Shown here one piece after another: positions 8,367-17,201 of a stretch of DNA of 37,566 nt. A model generated the notes under the pieces. The model had not been told where the DNA came from and ran no database searches. It saw only the letters and a program-made list of their open reading frames with translations. The position numbers and the translations under genes are program-made. Origin of the DNA: Hydrurus foetidus (Eukaryota); the NCBI GenBank assembly GCA_900617105.1, contig UYFQ01000082.1, positions 1-37,566 of the forward strand, in the 5' to 3' direction. Numbering within the stretch: the first letter of the stretch is position 1; each line of letters begins with the position of its first letter.

Positions 8367-11300
8367 TCACTTGCCCACCGGTACCGCTTCTCCCGCCGGC
8401 TCGGCGGGCTGACGCAACACCTTGGTCTTGATGCGGCCCACAAAGTGCTCGATGTCGTCCACGATGGTGAAGAAGCTGGGCGTAACCAACAGACTCAGGA
8501 TGGTGGAGGTGATCAAGCCCCCAATCACCGCCGCGGCCATGGGGGCACGGAAGCTGTTGTCGGCATGGCCCAGGCCAATCACCAGCGGCAACATGCCCGC
8601 CACCATGGCGATGGTCGTCATGATGATGGGGCGCGCACGCTTGTGGCAGGCGTCAATCAACGCATCGAAACGCGACAGGCCATGCTCCCGCTGGGCCATG
8701 ATGGCGTACTCCACCAGCAGAATCGAGTTCTTGGTGGACACACCAATCAACATCACCAGGCCAATGAAGGACGGCATGGACAGCATCTTGCCGGTGACCA
8801 GCAGGCCGATGAAGGCGCCGCCGAAGGACAGAATCACTGCGGGGATGATGGAGATGGGATGCAAGAAGTCCTTGAACAGCAGCACCAGCACGATGTAGAT
8901 ACACAGCACGCCAGTCAGCATGGCCAGGCCAAAGCCGGCCACCATTTCGGCCTGCACTTCGGCATCGCCCACTTCCAGCTGTTGCACGCCAGCGGGCATG
9001 TTCACGATGCTGGGCAGCTTGGCCACCGCCTCGGTCACTTCGCCCAGCGGCACACCCGAGAGCTCTACTTCAAAGTTCACGTTGCGTACGCGGTTCAGGC
9101 GGCTGATCACGGCGGGGCCGCCCGACATTTCGAGCGAGGCCACTTGGCTCAGCATCACCGGGCCCTTGACGCCGGGCACCATCAGGCGGCCCAGCAGCTC
9201 CAGGTCTTGGCGCGCATCGGTCTCCAGCTTGACCACGATAGGCACCTGGCGCTGGCTCAGGTTCAGTTTGGACAACGCCGACTCGTAGTCGCCCACGGTG
9301 GCAATGCGCAGGGTCTCGGCAATCGCGCTGCTGGTCACGCCCATGTCCGCTGCCTTGGCAAAGTCGGGACGAATGGCGATTTCGGCACGCGTCAGGCTGG
9401 CGCTGGATGAAATATTGCCCAGGCCCGGAATCTTGCGCAGATCGCGCTCCACGGCCGCCGCAGCTTGCGCCAGGGCTACCGGGTCTTCTCCCTTGAGCGC
9501 CAGCTGGTATTTCTCACCCGAACCACCCAGACCCACCTTGAAGCGGGCACCCGGTAGCTCGGCCAACGCACTGCGCATCTGGCTCTCGATCACCTGTTTG
9601 ACCGGGCGCGCACCGCGCTCGTCCAGCAGCACGGTCAGCGCTGCATTGCGCACCTCGCTGGCAGAACCGCCCTGGAATGGGTCCGTCCCCACCGAGCCAC
9701 CACCGATGGTGGTGTAGACGCTCTTCACGTGCTCGACCTTGCCAATCAGGTTGCGCGCCAGCTCGGCTGCAGCATGGGTTTGCGTTAACGTGCTGCCGGG
9801 GGGCAGTTCCACATACACCTGGGTTTGCGAGTTGTCGTCCGGCGGGATGAAGCCGCTGGGAATCAAGGGCACCAAGAACAGGGAGCCGACAAAGAAGGCG
9901 ACGGCCGAGAACATGGTGATCCAGCGATGGCTCAGCGTCCAGCGCGTGATGCGCAGGTACAGCGGCATCCAGCTTGGCTCTTCGTGCACATGGGTGGACG
10001 GCTTCATGATGTAGGCCGCCATCATGGGCGTCAACACACGGGCCACCAGCAGCGAAGCGGCCACCGCAAACACGGCGGTCCAGCCAAACTGTTTAAAGAA
10101 TTTTCCAACTACGCCACTCATGAAGGCGGTAGGCAGAAAAACGGCAATCAGGGCGAAGGTGGTGGCGATCACGGCCAGGCCGATTTCGTCCGCGGCTTCC
10201 ATCGCTGCCTGGTAGGGCGTCTTGCCCATACGTAGGTGGCGCTCGATGTTTTCCACTTCCACAATGGCGTCGTCCACCAAGATGCCGATGACCAGCGAGA
10301 GCGCCAGCAGCGTCACGATGTTGGTGGTAAATCCCATGTAATTCATGCCGATGAACGCGGGAATGGCCGATAACGGCAACGCCACAGCAGACACCAACGT
10401 GGCACGCCAGCTACGCAGAAAGAACCACACCACGATCACCGCCAACACAGCGCCTTCGTACAGCATGGTCATGGAGGCATCAAACTCCTCCTGCACCGGC
10501 GTCACAAAGTCAAAGGCCTGTGTGAGTTCCAGGTCGGGGTGCTGCACCTTCAAATCGGCCAGCGCTTTTTGCACGGCCGCGCCCACTTCCACTTCGCTGG
10601 CGCCCTTGCTGCGCGTGATCTCAAAGCCCACCACGGACTTGCCGTTGAGCAGGGCCAGGCTGCGCTGTTCGGCCACGGTGTCCTTCACCGTGGCGACTTC
10701 GTCCAGGCGTACACGTTTGCCGCTGGACAGGCTCAGCTCCAGCTGCGACAGCTCTTGCACGGTGGCCACGGTGGCCAAGGTGCGCATGGGTTGCTCAGAG
10801 CCCCCCAGGTCCGCACGGCCACCGGCGCTTTCAGTCTGCACTGCCTTTAGTTGTCGCGAAATGTCGGCCGCCGTGGCGCCCAGCGCCTGCAGCTTCAGCG
10901 GGTCCAAAGCCACCTGTACTTCCCGCGTGACACCGCCCACGCGGACCACGGAGCCCACGCCACGCACCCCCAGCAGCGCACGCGAAATGGTGTTGTCCAC
11001 AAACCAGCTCAGCCCCTCTTCGTCCATATTGCTGGAGCGGATAGTGAATGCCAGGATGGGCGCGCCCGAGAGGTTCATCTTGCTCACGATGGGGTCGCGC
11101 ACATCGCTGGGCAAGTCGCTACGCACGCTTTGCACCGCGCTGCGCACATCGTCCACGGCCTCTTGCGTGGGCTTCTCCAGGCGGAACTCGGCCATCACGG
11201 ACACACTGCCGTCGCGCACGGTGGTGCGGATGTTTTTCAGGCCCTGCAGCGGCGCAATCGCGTTTTCCAGCTTGCGTGCCACTTCGGTTTCCAGCTGCGC

Positions 11301-11468
11301 CGGTGCGGCACCGGGCAAGGTGGCAGACACGGTGACGGTGGGCAATTCCAGGTCAGGGAACTGCTGCACCTTCATGGCGTTGAAGGACATGATCCCCGCC
11401 AGGGTCAGCAGCACAAACAGCATGACCGCCGGTATGGGGTTTTTAATCGACCAAGCAGAAACATTCAT
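8367..11468 (-). CDS. RND efflux permease (AcrB/AcrD/AcrF family)
   Basis: 1033 aa; GILVDDAIVEVEN, KNSILLVE, RARPIIMTT motifs. Confidence 0.95.
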   Translation of the reverse strand: MNVSAWSIKNPIPAVMLFVLLTLAGIMSFNAMKVQQFPDLELPTVTVSATLPGAAPAQLETEVARKLENAIAPLQGLKNIRTTVRDGSVSVMAEFRLEKPTQEAVDDVRSAVQSVRSDLPSDVRDPIVSKMNLSGAPILAFTIRSSNMDEEGLSWFVDNTISRALLGVRGVGSVVRVGGVTREVQVALDPLKLQALGATAADISRQLKAVQTESAGGRADLGGSEQPMRTLATVATVQELSQLELSLSSGKRVRLDEVATVKDTVAEQRSLALLNGKSVVGFEITRSKGASEVEVGAAVQKALADLKVQHPDLELTQAFDFVTPVQEEFDASMTMLYEGAVLAVIVVWFFLRSWRATLVSAVALPLSAIPAFIGMNYMGFTTNIVTLLALSLVIGILVDDAIVEVENIERHLRMGKTPYQAAMEAADEIGLAVIATTFALIAVFLPTAFMSGVVGKFFKQFGWTAVFAVAASLLVARVLTPMMAAYIMKPSTHVHEEPSWMPLYLRITRWTLSHRWITMFSAVAFFVGSLFLVPLIPSGFIPPDDNSQTQVYVELPPGSTLTQTHAAAELARNLIGKVEHVKSVYTTIGGGSVGTDPFQGGSASEVRNAALTVLLDERGARPVKQVIESQMRSALAELPGARFKVGLGGSGEKYQLALKGEDPVALAQAAAAVERDLRKIPGLGNISSSASLTRAEIAIRPDFAKAADMGVTSSAIAETLRIATVGDYESALSKLNLSQRQVPIVVKLETDARQDLELLGRLMVPGVKGPVMLSQVASLEMSGGPAVISRLNRVRNVNFEVELSGVPLGEVTEAVAKLPSIVNMPAGVQQLEVGDAEVQAEMVAGFGLAMLTGVLCIYIVLVLLFKDFLHPISIIPAVILSFGGAFIGLLVTGKMLSMPSFIGLVMLIGVSTKNSILLVEYAIMAQREHGLSRFDALIDACHKRARPIIMTTIAMVAGMLPLVIGLGHADNSFRAPMAAAVIGGLITSTILSLLVTPSFFTIVDDIEHFVGRIKTKVLRQPAEPAGEAVPVGK

Positions 11469-11474
11469 CTGTTT

Positions 11475-11539
11475 TGCTCCTTATTTTGTAGCTGCTTGCG
11501 CAGTCTTTTCGGGGGCTACAGCCTCTTTTGGCTTGGAAA
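11475..11539 (+). repeat. ~65-bp dispersed element, copy 3 (encodes MFP C-terminus, stop codon and RND SD)
   Basis: 47/65 ungapped identity to copy 1 (hand count). Confidence 0.85.
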
Positions 11540-12698
11540 CCGCCTTGGGCGCCTCCACCACCTTGACCAGATCGCCTTCGCTCAAAAAGCTGCCGCCAGT
11601 GGCCACGAGCTTGTCCTCGGGCTTCACGCCACTTTGCACTTCGATCTGGTCGCCGACCACGCGGCCGGTTTGCACCTTGAGCTGGGCAATGCGGTTGTCC
11701 GCGCCCACGCGGTACACATAGCTAAAACCATCGCGCACCACCACCGCGGTCTGTGGCAGGGTCAGCGCGCCTGAGCTGCCGAGTTCAAATTCGCCCCGTG
11801 CATACATGCCGGGCTTGAAGGCACCAGGGATGGCCTTGGCGCCGGCCATGGCACCCATCAGGTCCACATACACCGTGCCGTTGCGTGTGGCAGCGTCCAC
11901 CGTGGGCGCCAGCATGCGCACACGGCCCTTGAGCTGCGCGCCACTGGGGGAGGTGACCACCACATTGGTGCCCACGGTGATGCGGCCCAGCTCGGCGGAG
12001 GTGACTTCACCGCGCCACTCCAGGCGGCTCTGGCGGATCAGCTTGAACAACTCGGTGCCGGCGCCCACCACCGAACCCACCGAGGCGGTGCGCGAAGAAA
12101 TGGTGCCGCTGTCGGGCGACAGCAGCTGGGTGTGCTTGAGGCGCAGCAGCTGCGAATCGAGCTGGGCCTTGGCCGACTCGACGCGCGCCTTGGCGGTGAG
12201 TTCGGCGGTGAGGTACTGGTTGACCTGCTGGGCACTCAGGGCGCCGGTGCCCTGCACCGCGCGGGCCCGGTCGGCGTTGGCCAGCGCCTCGGCCGCATTG
12301 GCCTGGGCTTCGGAGACGGAGGCGCGGGCCAGGGCCACATCGGCCTGCACGCTCTCGGCCGCAAAAGTAGCCAGCACCTGCCCGCGTTGCACATAGTCGC
12401 CCACAGCGGCGTGCAGCTCCTGCACGCGCAGGCCGCTGACTTCGGTGCCCACGCTGGCTTCTTGCCAGGCCGCCACGCTGCCGTTGGCCGCCAGCTTGAT
12501 GGGCAGCATGCCGCTCTGGGCCTGGATGGTGGTGACGGTAAGCGAAGGCTTGGTCGCGGTAGCGGCGCCGGGCTTGGCCGTATCGGCCGCCTGGCTGCGC
12601 GTGGCGAACAGGCCCAAACCGGCGAGAGTGAGCAGGCCCGCGGCCATCAGGCCCAGTGTCAAAGGTTGGAAGGGAAGGCGGTTCAAAAGACGGTTCAT
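11481..12698 (-). CDS. RND periplasmic adaptor (MFP) subunit
   Basis: N-terminal membrane anchor, lipoyl/hairpin pattern, SPDSGTI, FKPGMYARG; lies between the OMF and RND genes. Confidence 0.92.
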   Translation of the reverse strand: MNRLLNRLPFQPLTLGLMAAGLLTLAGLGLFATRSQAADTAKPGAATATKPSLTVTTIQAQSGMLPIKLAANGSVAAWQEASVGTEVSGLRVQELHAAVGDYVQRGQVLATFAAESVQADVALARASVSEAQANAAEALANADRARAVQGTGALSAQQVNQYLTAELTAKARVESAKAQLDSQLLRLKHTQLLSPDSGTISSRTASVGSVVGAGTELFKLIRQSRLEWRGEVTSAELGRITVGTNVVVTSPSGAQLKGRVRMLAPTVDAATRNGTVYVDLMGAMAGAKAIPGAFKPGMYARGEFELGSSGALTLPQTAVVVRDGFSYVYRVGADNRIAQLKVQTGRVVGDQIEVQSGVKPEDKLVATGGSFLSEGDLVKVVEAPKAVSKPKEAVAPEKTAQAATK

Positions 12699-12746
12699 GG
12701 TGAGGATCTCGCTAAAAATCAATCAGACAAATGGTTTCGATTCGGG

Positions 12747-14192
12747 TCAGTTGCTGGGCTCAAAGCCGCCGCCCAGGGCGCGGTACAGCGCCACCCAGGC
12801 GCGGTTGCGCTCCAATGCCAATGAGAGCTGGGCCGACTGGGATGCCAGCGCTGAGCGGCGGGCGTCTTCCAGCTCCACCAGATTGGCCAGGCCCTGGCCA
12901 TAACGCGACTGCGTGGCTGCCAACGACTCGGCATAGCCCTGGGTGGACACCTCAGCGTCTTGCTTGCGCGCATCGGTGCTTTGCAGGTTGACCAAGGCCT
13001 CTTCCACTTCCCGTACGGCCTGGCGCACCTTGGCGCGGTAAACGGCCACGGCCTGGGTGTAGTTGGCCTCGGCAGCCACCACGTTGGCCTTGCGCTGGCC
13101 ACCGTCAAAGATGGGCAGGGTCAGCGCCAACGGGCCAAAGGACCAGGTGTCCAGATTCGTCTCGGTGCCCATGCTGCTGTAGCGCATGGCGCCCACATTG
13201 CCGCTCAGCGTCAGGCGCGGGTAGCGCTGGGCCTTGGCATTGCCCACCTGGGCACTGGCCACCACCACATCGCGCTCGGTGGCAAACACGTCGGGGCGTT
13301 GGGTTAGCGTTTGGGCGGGTACGCTTGCTATCGAAACAGGAGCTGCCTGCGCAGGCTTGGCGAGGGCTACAGCCAGTTTTGTTCTCAAATCGGCTTCTGC
13401 CAGGCCGGTCAGCGCCACCAGGGCCTTGGTGTCGATGTCGCAGGCGGCGGCCTGCTGGGTCACGCGGCTGCTGCCGTCGGCAGCGCTGGCGCGGGCCAAG
13501 GCCGCCACCGATGGCGCGGTGAAGCCGGCTTTGGCACTCACATCTGCCAGGCGCGCTGTCTCTTGGCGCGAAGCGGCGTCCCTGCGCGCCACATCCAGCA
13601 GTTGGTAGCAGGTGGACAGGCTGTAGTAGGTGTTGGCCACCTCGGCCGCCACCGACACGCGGGCGTCGTGCCACTGAGCCTGCGTGCCCTGGAACTGGGC
13701 ATCGGCCGCATTGCTCACGGCACGGTTGGCGCCCACCAGGTCCAGTTCCCAGGTGGCTTGCAGGCCAATGGTCTGCGTGGTGGCCACGGGCACATTGGGT
13801 TGGCTCACGCCGCGGCTGGCGGCGATGGAGCCGTCCACCTTGGGCAAGAGCGCGGCATTGGCCGTAGTGCGCTGCGCGCGCGAGGACTCGACGCGTGCCA
13901 CGGCCTGCGCCACCGACGGGCTGACGGCCTGCGCGGCCTCGATCAACTCAACGAGCAACGGATCGCCCTGCTGCTGCCACCATTGGCTCAAAGCACTCAC
14001 GGCGCCCTGGTGCGGCAAGGGTGCCTGCCACTGCGGCGCCACCGCGGCGTCCACCTTGGTAGCGGGCATGGTGATGGCGCAGCCGCTGAGCGCGAGCACG
14101 CAGGCCGACAGGGCCAGCACAGAGAGGTGGCGGGGCGTGCCGCGCAAAGCAGGTGGTTTCATAGAGGTGCGTGAATGCAATGAAAGTGCCAT
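12747..14192 (-). CDS. Outer-membrane efflux lipoprotein (OprM/NodT family); alternative start at 14162
   Basis: Lipobox LSGC; WELDL, RPDV, PIFDGG, LYRALGGG motifs. Confidence 0.93.
   Translation of the reverse strand: MALSLHSRTSMKPPALRGTPRHLSVLALSACVLALSGCAITMPATKVDAAVAPQWQAPLPHQGAVSALSQWWQQQGDPLLVELIEAAQAVSPSVAQAVARVESSRAQRTTANAALLPKVDGSIAASRGVSQPNVPVATTQTIGLQATWELDLVGANRAVSNAADAQFQGTQAQWHDARVSVAAEVANTYYSLSTCYQLLDVARRDAASRQETARLADVSAKAGFTAPSVAALARASAADGSSRVTQQAAACDIDTKALVALTGLAEADLRTKLAVALAKPAQAAPVSIASVPAQTLTQRPDVFATERDVVVASAQVGNAKAQRYPRLTLSGNVGAMRYSSMGTETNLDTWSFGPLALTLPIFDGGQRKANVVAAEANYTQAVAVYRAKVRQAVREVEEALVNLQSTDARKQDAEVSTQGYAESLAATQSRYGQGLANLVELEDARRSALASQSAQLSLALERNRAWVALYRALGGGFEPSN
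13326..13390 (+). repeat. ~65-bp dispersed element, copy 4 (in frame within OMF gene)
   Basis: 39/65 ungapped identity to copy 1 (hand count); encodes LRTKLAVALAKPAQAAPVSIA. Confidence 0.75.
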
Positions 14193-14210
14193 GGGAAGAA
14201 GACGGTCGGG

Positions 14211-14924
14211 TTACCGGGTGGCCGGGGCAGACGACAGGGCCTGGCGGCGGCGCACATCGCCCTCCACCATGGACAGGGCCGCGCCCAGCATGTGTTCGGC
14301 GTAGGCATCGATCGCGGTGGGCGAGCCGATCAGCTCGGGGCGGATAGCCAGGATCACGTCGCTGCCCACATGCAGGATCATGCCCAGCCCGACGACGGAG
14401 AAGGCCAGACGGTGTACATCGTCGTCGGGCTGTGTGATACCCAGATGGCGGCACAGCATCTGCACCAGCGCCATGTGGGCGGGCTTGATGTTGTCGTCAA
14501 TCTCGGCCTGCCACAGGCCCGTGGGCTCCAGCATTTCGCGGATGTGCAGCTTCATGCAGTTCTGCATGGCCACGCCGTTCTTCATGGGCTCGGTGAAGGT
14601 GTTTAGCATGGCGCGCAGCGAGTCGGTCAGGCTTTGCTCAGGGTGGTCGATGCTCGATGGCTCGACACTGGGGTTGCTGCGCGGGTCGGTGAAGACAGCG
14701 CGGTAGAGACCCGCCTTGTCGCCAAAGTAGTAGCTGATGGAGGCGACGTTGACATTCGCGGCTAACGCTATCTCGCGGGTGGAGGTTTTGGCAAAGCCCC
14801 GGTCGGCAAACAGCACCAGAGCGGCGTCCAGCAGGCGGGTGCGAGCTTCTTGACCATCGCTGCGCAGGTGCTTGGCGGCCGCGGGGGCGAGAGGCAGGGG
14901 GAGCGAAGCGGCAGGCATAGACAT
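14211..14924 (-). CDS. TetR-family regulator (CecR/YbiH-like C-terminal domain)
   Basis: HTH LFADRGFAKTSTREIA..ISYYFGDKAGLY; first gene of the efflux operon. Confidence 0.9.
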   Translation of the reverse strand: MSMPAASLPLPLAPAAAKHLRSDGQEARTRLLDAALVLFADRGFAKTSTREIALAANVNVASISYYFGDKAGLYRAVFTDPRSNPSVEPSSIDHPEQSLTDSLRAMLNTFTEPMKNGVAMQNCMKLHIREMLEPTGLWQAEIDDNIKPAHMALVQMLCRHLGITQPDDDVHRLAFSVVGLGMILHVGSDVILAIRPELIGSPTAIDAYAEHMLGAALSMVEGDVRRRQALSSAPATR

Positions 14925-14932
14925 AGCGGCAG

Positions 14933-14965
14933 ATTCTAGCGACTTAAATCAAACGATTGATTTAA
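14933..14965 (-). promoter_or_regulatory. -10 box TAGAAT plus a palindromic putative TetR operator
   Basis: Perfect inverted repeat TTAAATCAA-N4-TTGATTTAA at 14944-14965, immediately upstream of TAGAAT (14933-14938), which lies 8 nt before the ATG. Confidence 0.75.
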
Positions 14966-15025
14966 CTAAGCTATCTGTAGGGGCTTTCCCTTAGTCCCCT
15001 GCTCCGCCGGTCCCCCGCCTCATCA

Positions 15026-15430
15026 CTAACAGGCCAGCGACTCCTGAAAATCCCAGTCCGGCTGCAGCGTGCAGACCAGTTGCGTACCTTGCCAGCGCAT
15101 TGCGGCGCCCTGCGCGAAGTCTAGTTCCAGCACCACAGGCCCCTGCCAGATGCCTGGGATGGTCAGCGGCCTGAGCACGGCATCTGTGGAGGCCAGCAAC
15201 ACATGCCCATCACTCAAACGGCCCATGGCGTCCAACGCCGCCGCTTCAGGCACGCCGTGCAGCTGCATCTGCAAACCCCGTACATAGCCCATCAGGGGTA
15301 CGACGCCTGCCTCCAGGCGTTCTACGCAAGCCGCAGAAAAATGCACGGTCAGCGTGTCACCGGCAAAAGCCAGGTGCAGCACCTCAGAGTCAGAGAAACT
15401 GAAGCGCAGCCCGGCCGCCTCAGTGGCCAT
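15026..15430 (-). CDS. Hypothetical protein (134 aa)
   Basis: ORF from MATEAAG overlaps the ZIP gene end by 11 nt; plausible beta-rich composition; no family recognised. Confidence 0.6.
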   Translation of the reverse strand: MATEAAGLRFSFSDSEVLHLAFAGDTLTVHFSAACVERLEAGVVPLMGYVRGLQMQLHGVPEAAALDAMGRLSDGHVLLASTDAVLRPLTIPGIWQGPVVLELDFAQGAAMRWQGTQLVCTLQPDWDFQESLAC

Positions 15431-16202
15431 GGCCCAGGCTGCTGACCGCAGCCACCAGCAAAATGCCAGCCGCCAGCCACGCAATTTGGGCGGCCGTCTG
15501 GCGCGCGGTCAGGCGCTTTTGCAACTGCGGGATCAGGTCGGCCAACGCCACGTAGATGAAGCTGCTGGAGGCCACCACCAGAAAGTACGGCAGGTAGTCC
15601 TGCAGCTGGTCTACCAGCCAGTAGCCGACCATGCCGCCCAGCGCGGTCACCGCACCAGCCAGCGTGACCTTAATCAAGGCCGCACGCTTGTTGCTGGAGC
15701 CCGCGCGCAGCACCATCAGGTCGCCCATGTGGTGGGGCACCTCGTGGGCCAGCACGGCCAGGGAGGCAATGGCCCCCAAGCGCATGTCGGCCATAAAGGC
15801 GGAGGCAATCAACACGCCATCGCCAAAGCAATGCACGCTGTCACCGGTCAGCACCGCCCAGGAGCCCGAACCTGCAGGCGCCGCATGGCTGTGGCCATGG
15901 CCGTCGGCATCGTGGTGGTCATGGTGGTGCTCGTGGCCGTGGTGCCAGAGCTCGGCTTTGTCCAGCAGAAAGAAAAACACCACGCCAATCAACAGCGTGA
16001 GGAACAGGTCATGGGCACTGGCCTGGCTCTCAAAGGCTTCGGGCAGCAGGTGCATGAAGGCCGTGGCCATCAACGCACCGGCCGCCAGACTCAGCATGTG
16101 CTGGGTGTAGCGCCCAAGCGCCCCAAAACTCAGGGCGGCTGCGAGCCAGACACTGCCAATGCCGGCCGCCACGGTGCCTGCCAATATTGCAATCAGCGTC
16201 AA
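15420..16202 (-). CDS. ZIP-family metal transporter
   Basis: HLLPEAF, His-rich loop HHGHEHHHDHH, HCFGDG, HEVPH; TTG start overlaps the DLH stop (TTGA). Confidence 0.9.
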   Translation of the reverse strand: MTLIAILAGTVAAGIGSVWLAAALSFGALGRYTQHMLSLAAGALMATAFMHLLPEAFESQASAHDLFLTLLIGVVFFFLLDKAELWHHGHEHHHDHHDADGHGHSHAAPAGSGSWAVLTGDSVHCFGDGVLIASAFMADMRLGAIASLAVLAHEVPHHMGDLMVLRAGSSNKRAALIKVTLAGAVTALGGMVGYWLVDQLQDYLPYFLVVASSSFIYVALADLIPQLQKRLTARQTAAQIAWLAAGILLVAAVSSLGHGH

Positions 16203-17107
16203 GCCACACCCTTCGCTTTGAACCACGCCAGTGCGCGCTGAAAGCCATCTTCGGCCGCGGCCTTGTTGTAGCTGGAGCGGTAGTCCGCATGGAAAGCGTG
16301 GCCCACGCCGGGGTAGACCACAAACTCGGAGGCCTTGGCCGCCGCATTGCCCTTGGCGCCAGCGGCCGCGAGCGCATCCTTCATCTCATTCACGCTGGTC
16401 AGCGGAATGCCACCGTCGGCCCCACCGTACAAGCCCAGCACCGGTGCCTTCAGCGAGGCGGCCAGATCCAAAGGGCTCTTGGGCTTGAGCGCGTCAGGTG
16501 TCCCTACCAGGCCACCGTACCAAGCCACTGCGGCCTTGACCTTCTTGCTGTACTCGGCATACAGCCAGGTGATGCGACCGCCCCAGCAGAAGCCAGTAAT
16601 ACCAATCTTGTGCGGGTTGCCGCCGTTGTGAATGGCCCAGTTCACCGCACCGTCCAGATCAGCCAATACTTGGTCATCGGGAACCTTGGCAACCACCTCC
16701 GACAGCAGCTTGCCAATATCGGTGTAGGTGGCCGCATCGCCTTGGCGCGCGTACAGGTCCGGCGCAATCGCCAGGTAGCCGGCTTTGGCAAAGCGGCGGC
16801 AGGTGTCGGCGATGTACTCGTGCACCCCAAAGATTTCTTGCACCACGATCACCACAGGCAGGTTTTTCTTGCCAGCGGGGGCTGCAAAGTAAAAAGGCAC
16901 AGGGTAGTTGTCCACCTCGTACACCGGGGTGCCAGTGACCAGGCCGGTGTCAGACGTCTTGATGGCCGTCTGCGCCATGATGGGCATGGCGGTCGCCGCA
17001 TAGCCCACACCCAATACGGCCTTCAGCGCGGTGCGGCGGGTCGCACCCTCCTCGGTCGATTTACCCGGCAACAGGGAAATGATTTCATTTTTCAGGTTGT
17101 CAAGCAC
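16199..17107 (-). CDS. Dienelactone hydrolase family protein with twin-arginine-like leader
   Basis: QEIFGV, GFCWGG, HAF motifs; TRRTALK; AAGGAG RBS before GTG at 17107. Confidence 0.9.
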   Translation of the reverse strand: MLDNLKNEIISLLPGKSTEEGATRRTALKAVLGVGYAATAMPIMAQTAIKTSDTGLVTGTPVYEVDNYPVPFYFAAPAGKKNLPVVIVVQEIFGVHEYIADTCRRFAKAGYLAIAPDLYARQGDAATYTDIGKLLSEVVAKVPDDQVLADLDGAVNWAIHNGGNPHKIGITGFCWGGRITWLYAEYSKKVKAAVAWYGGLVGTPDALKPKSPLDLAASLKAPVLGLYGGADGGIPLTSVNEMKDALAAAGAKGNAAAKASEFVVYPGVGHAFHADYRSSYNKAAAEDGFQRALAWFKAKGVA

Positions 17108-17201
17108 AACAGTCTCCTTGGTTGAAATAGAAACAGCAGGAAGTGTATGCACAACACATTCCTGCTGCGGTTGGCGGGACTTTGGCAGACCCCGCGCTGG
17201 C

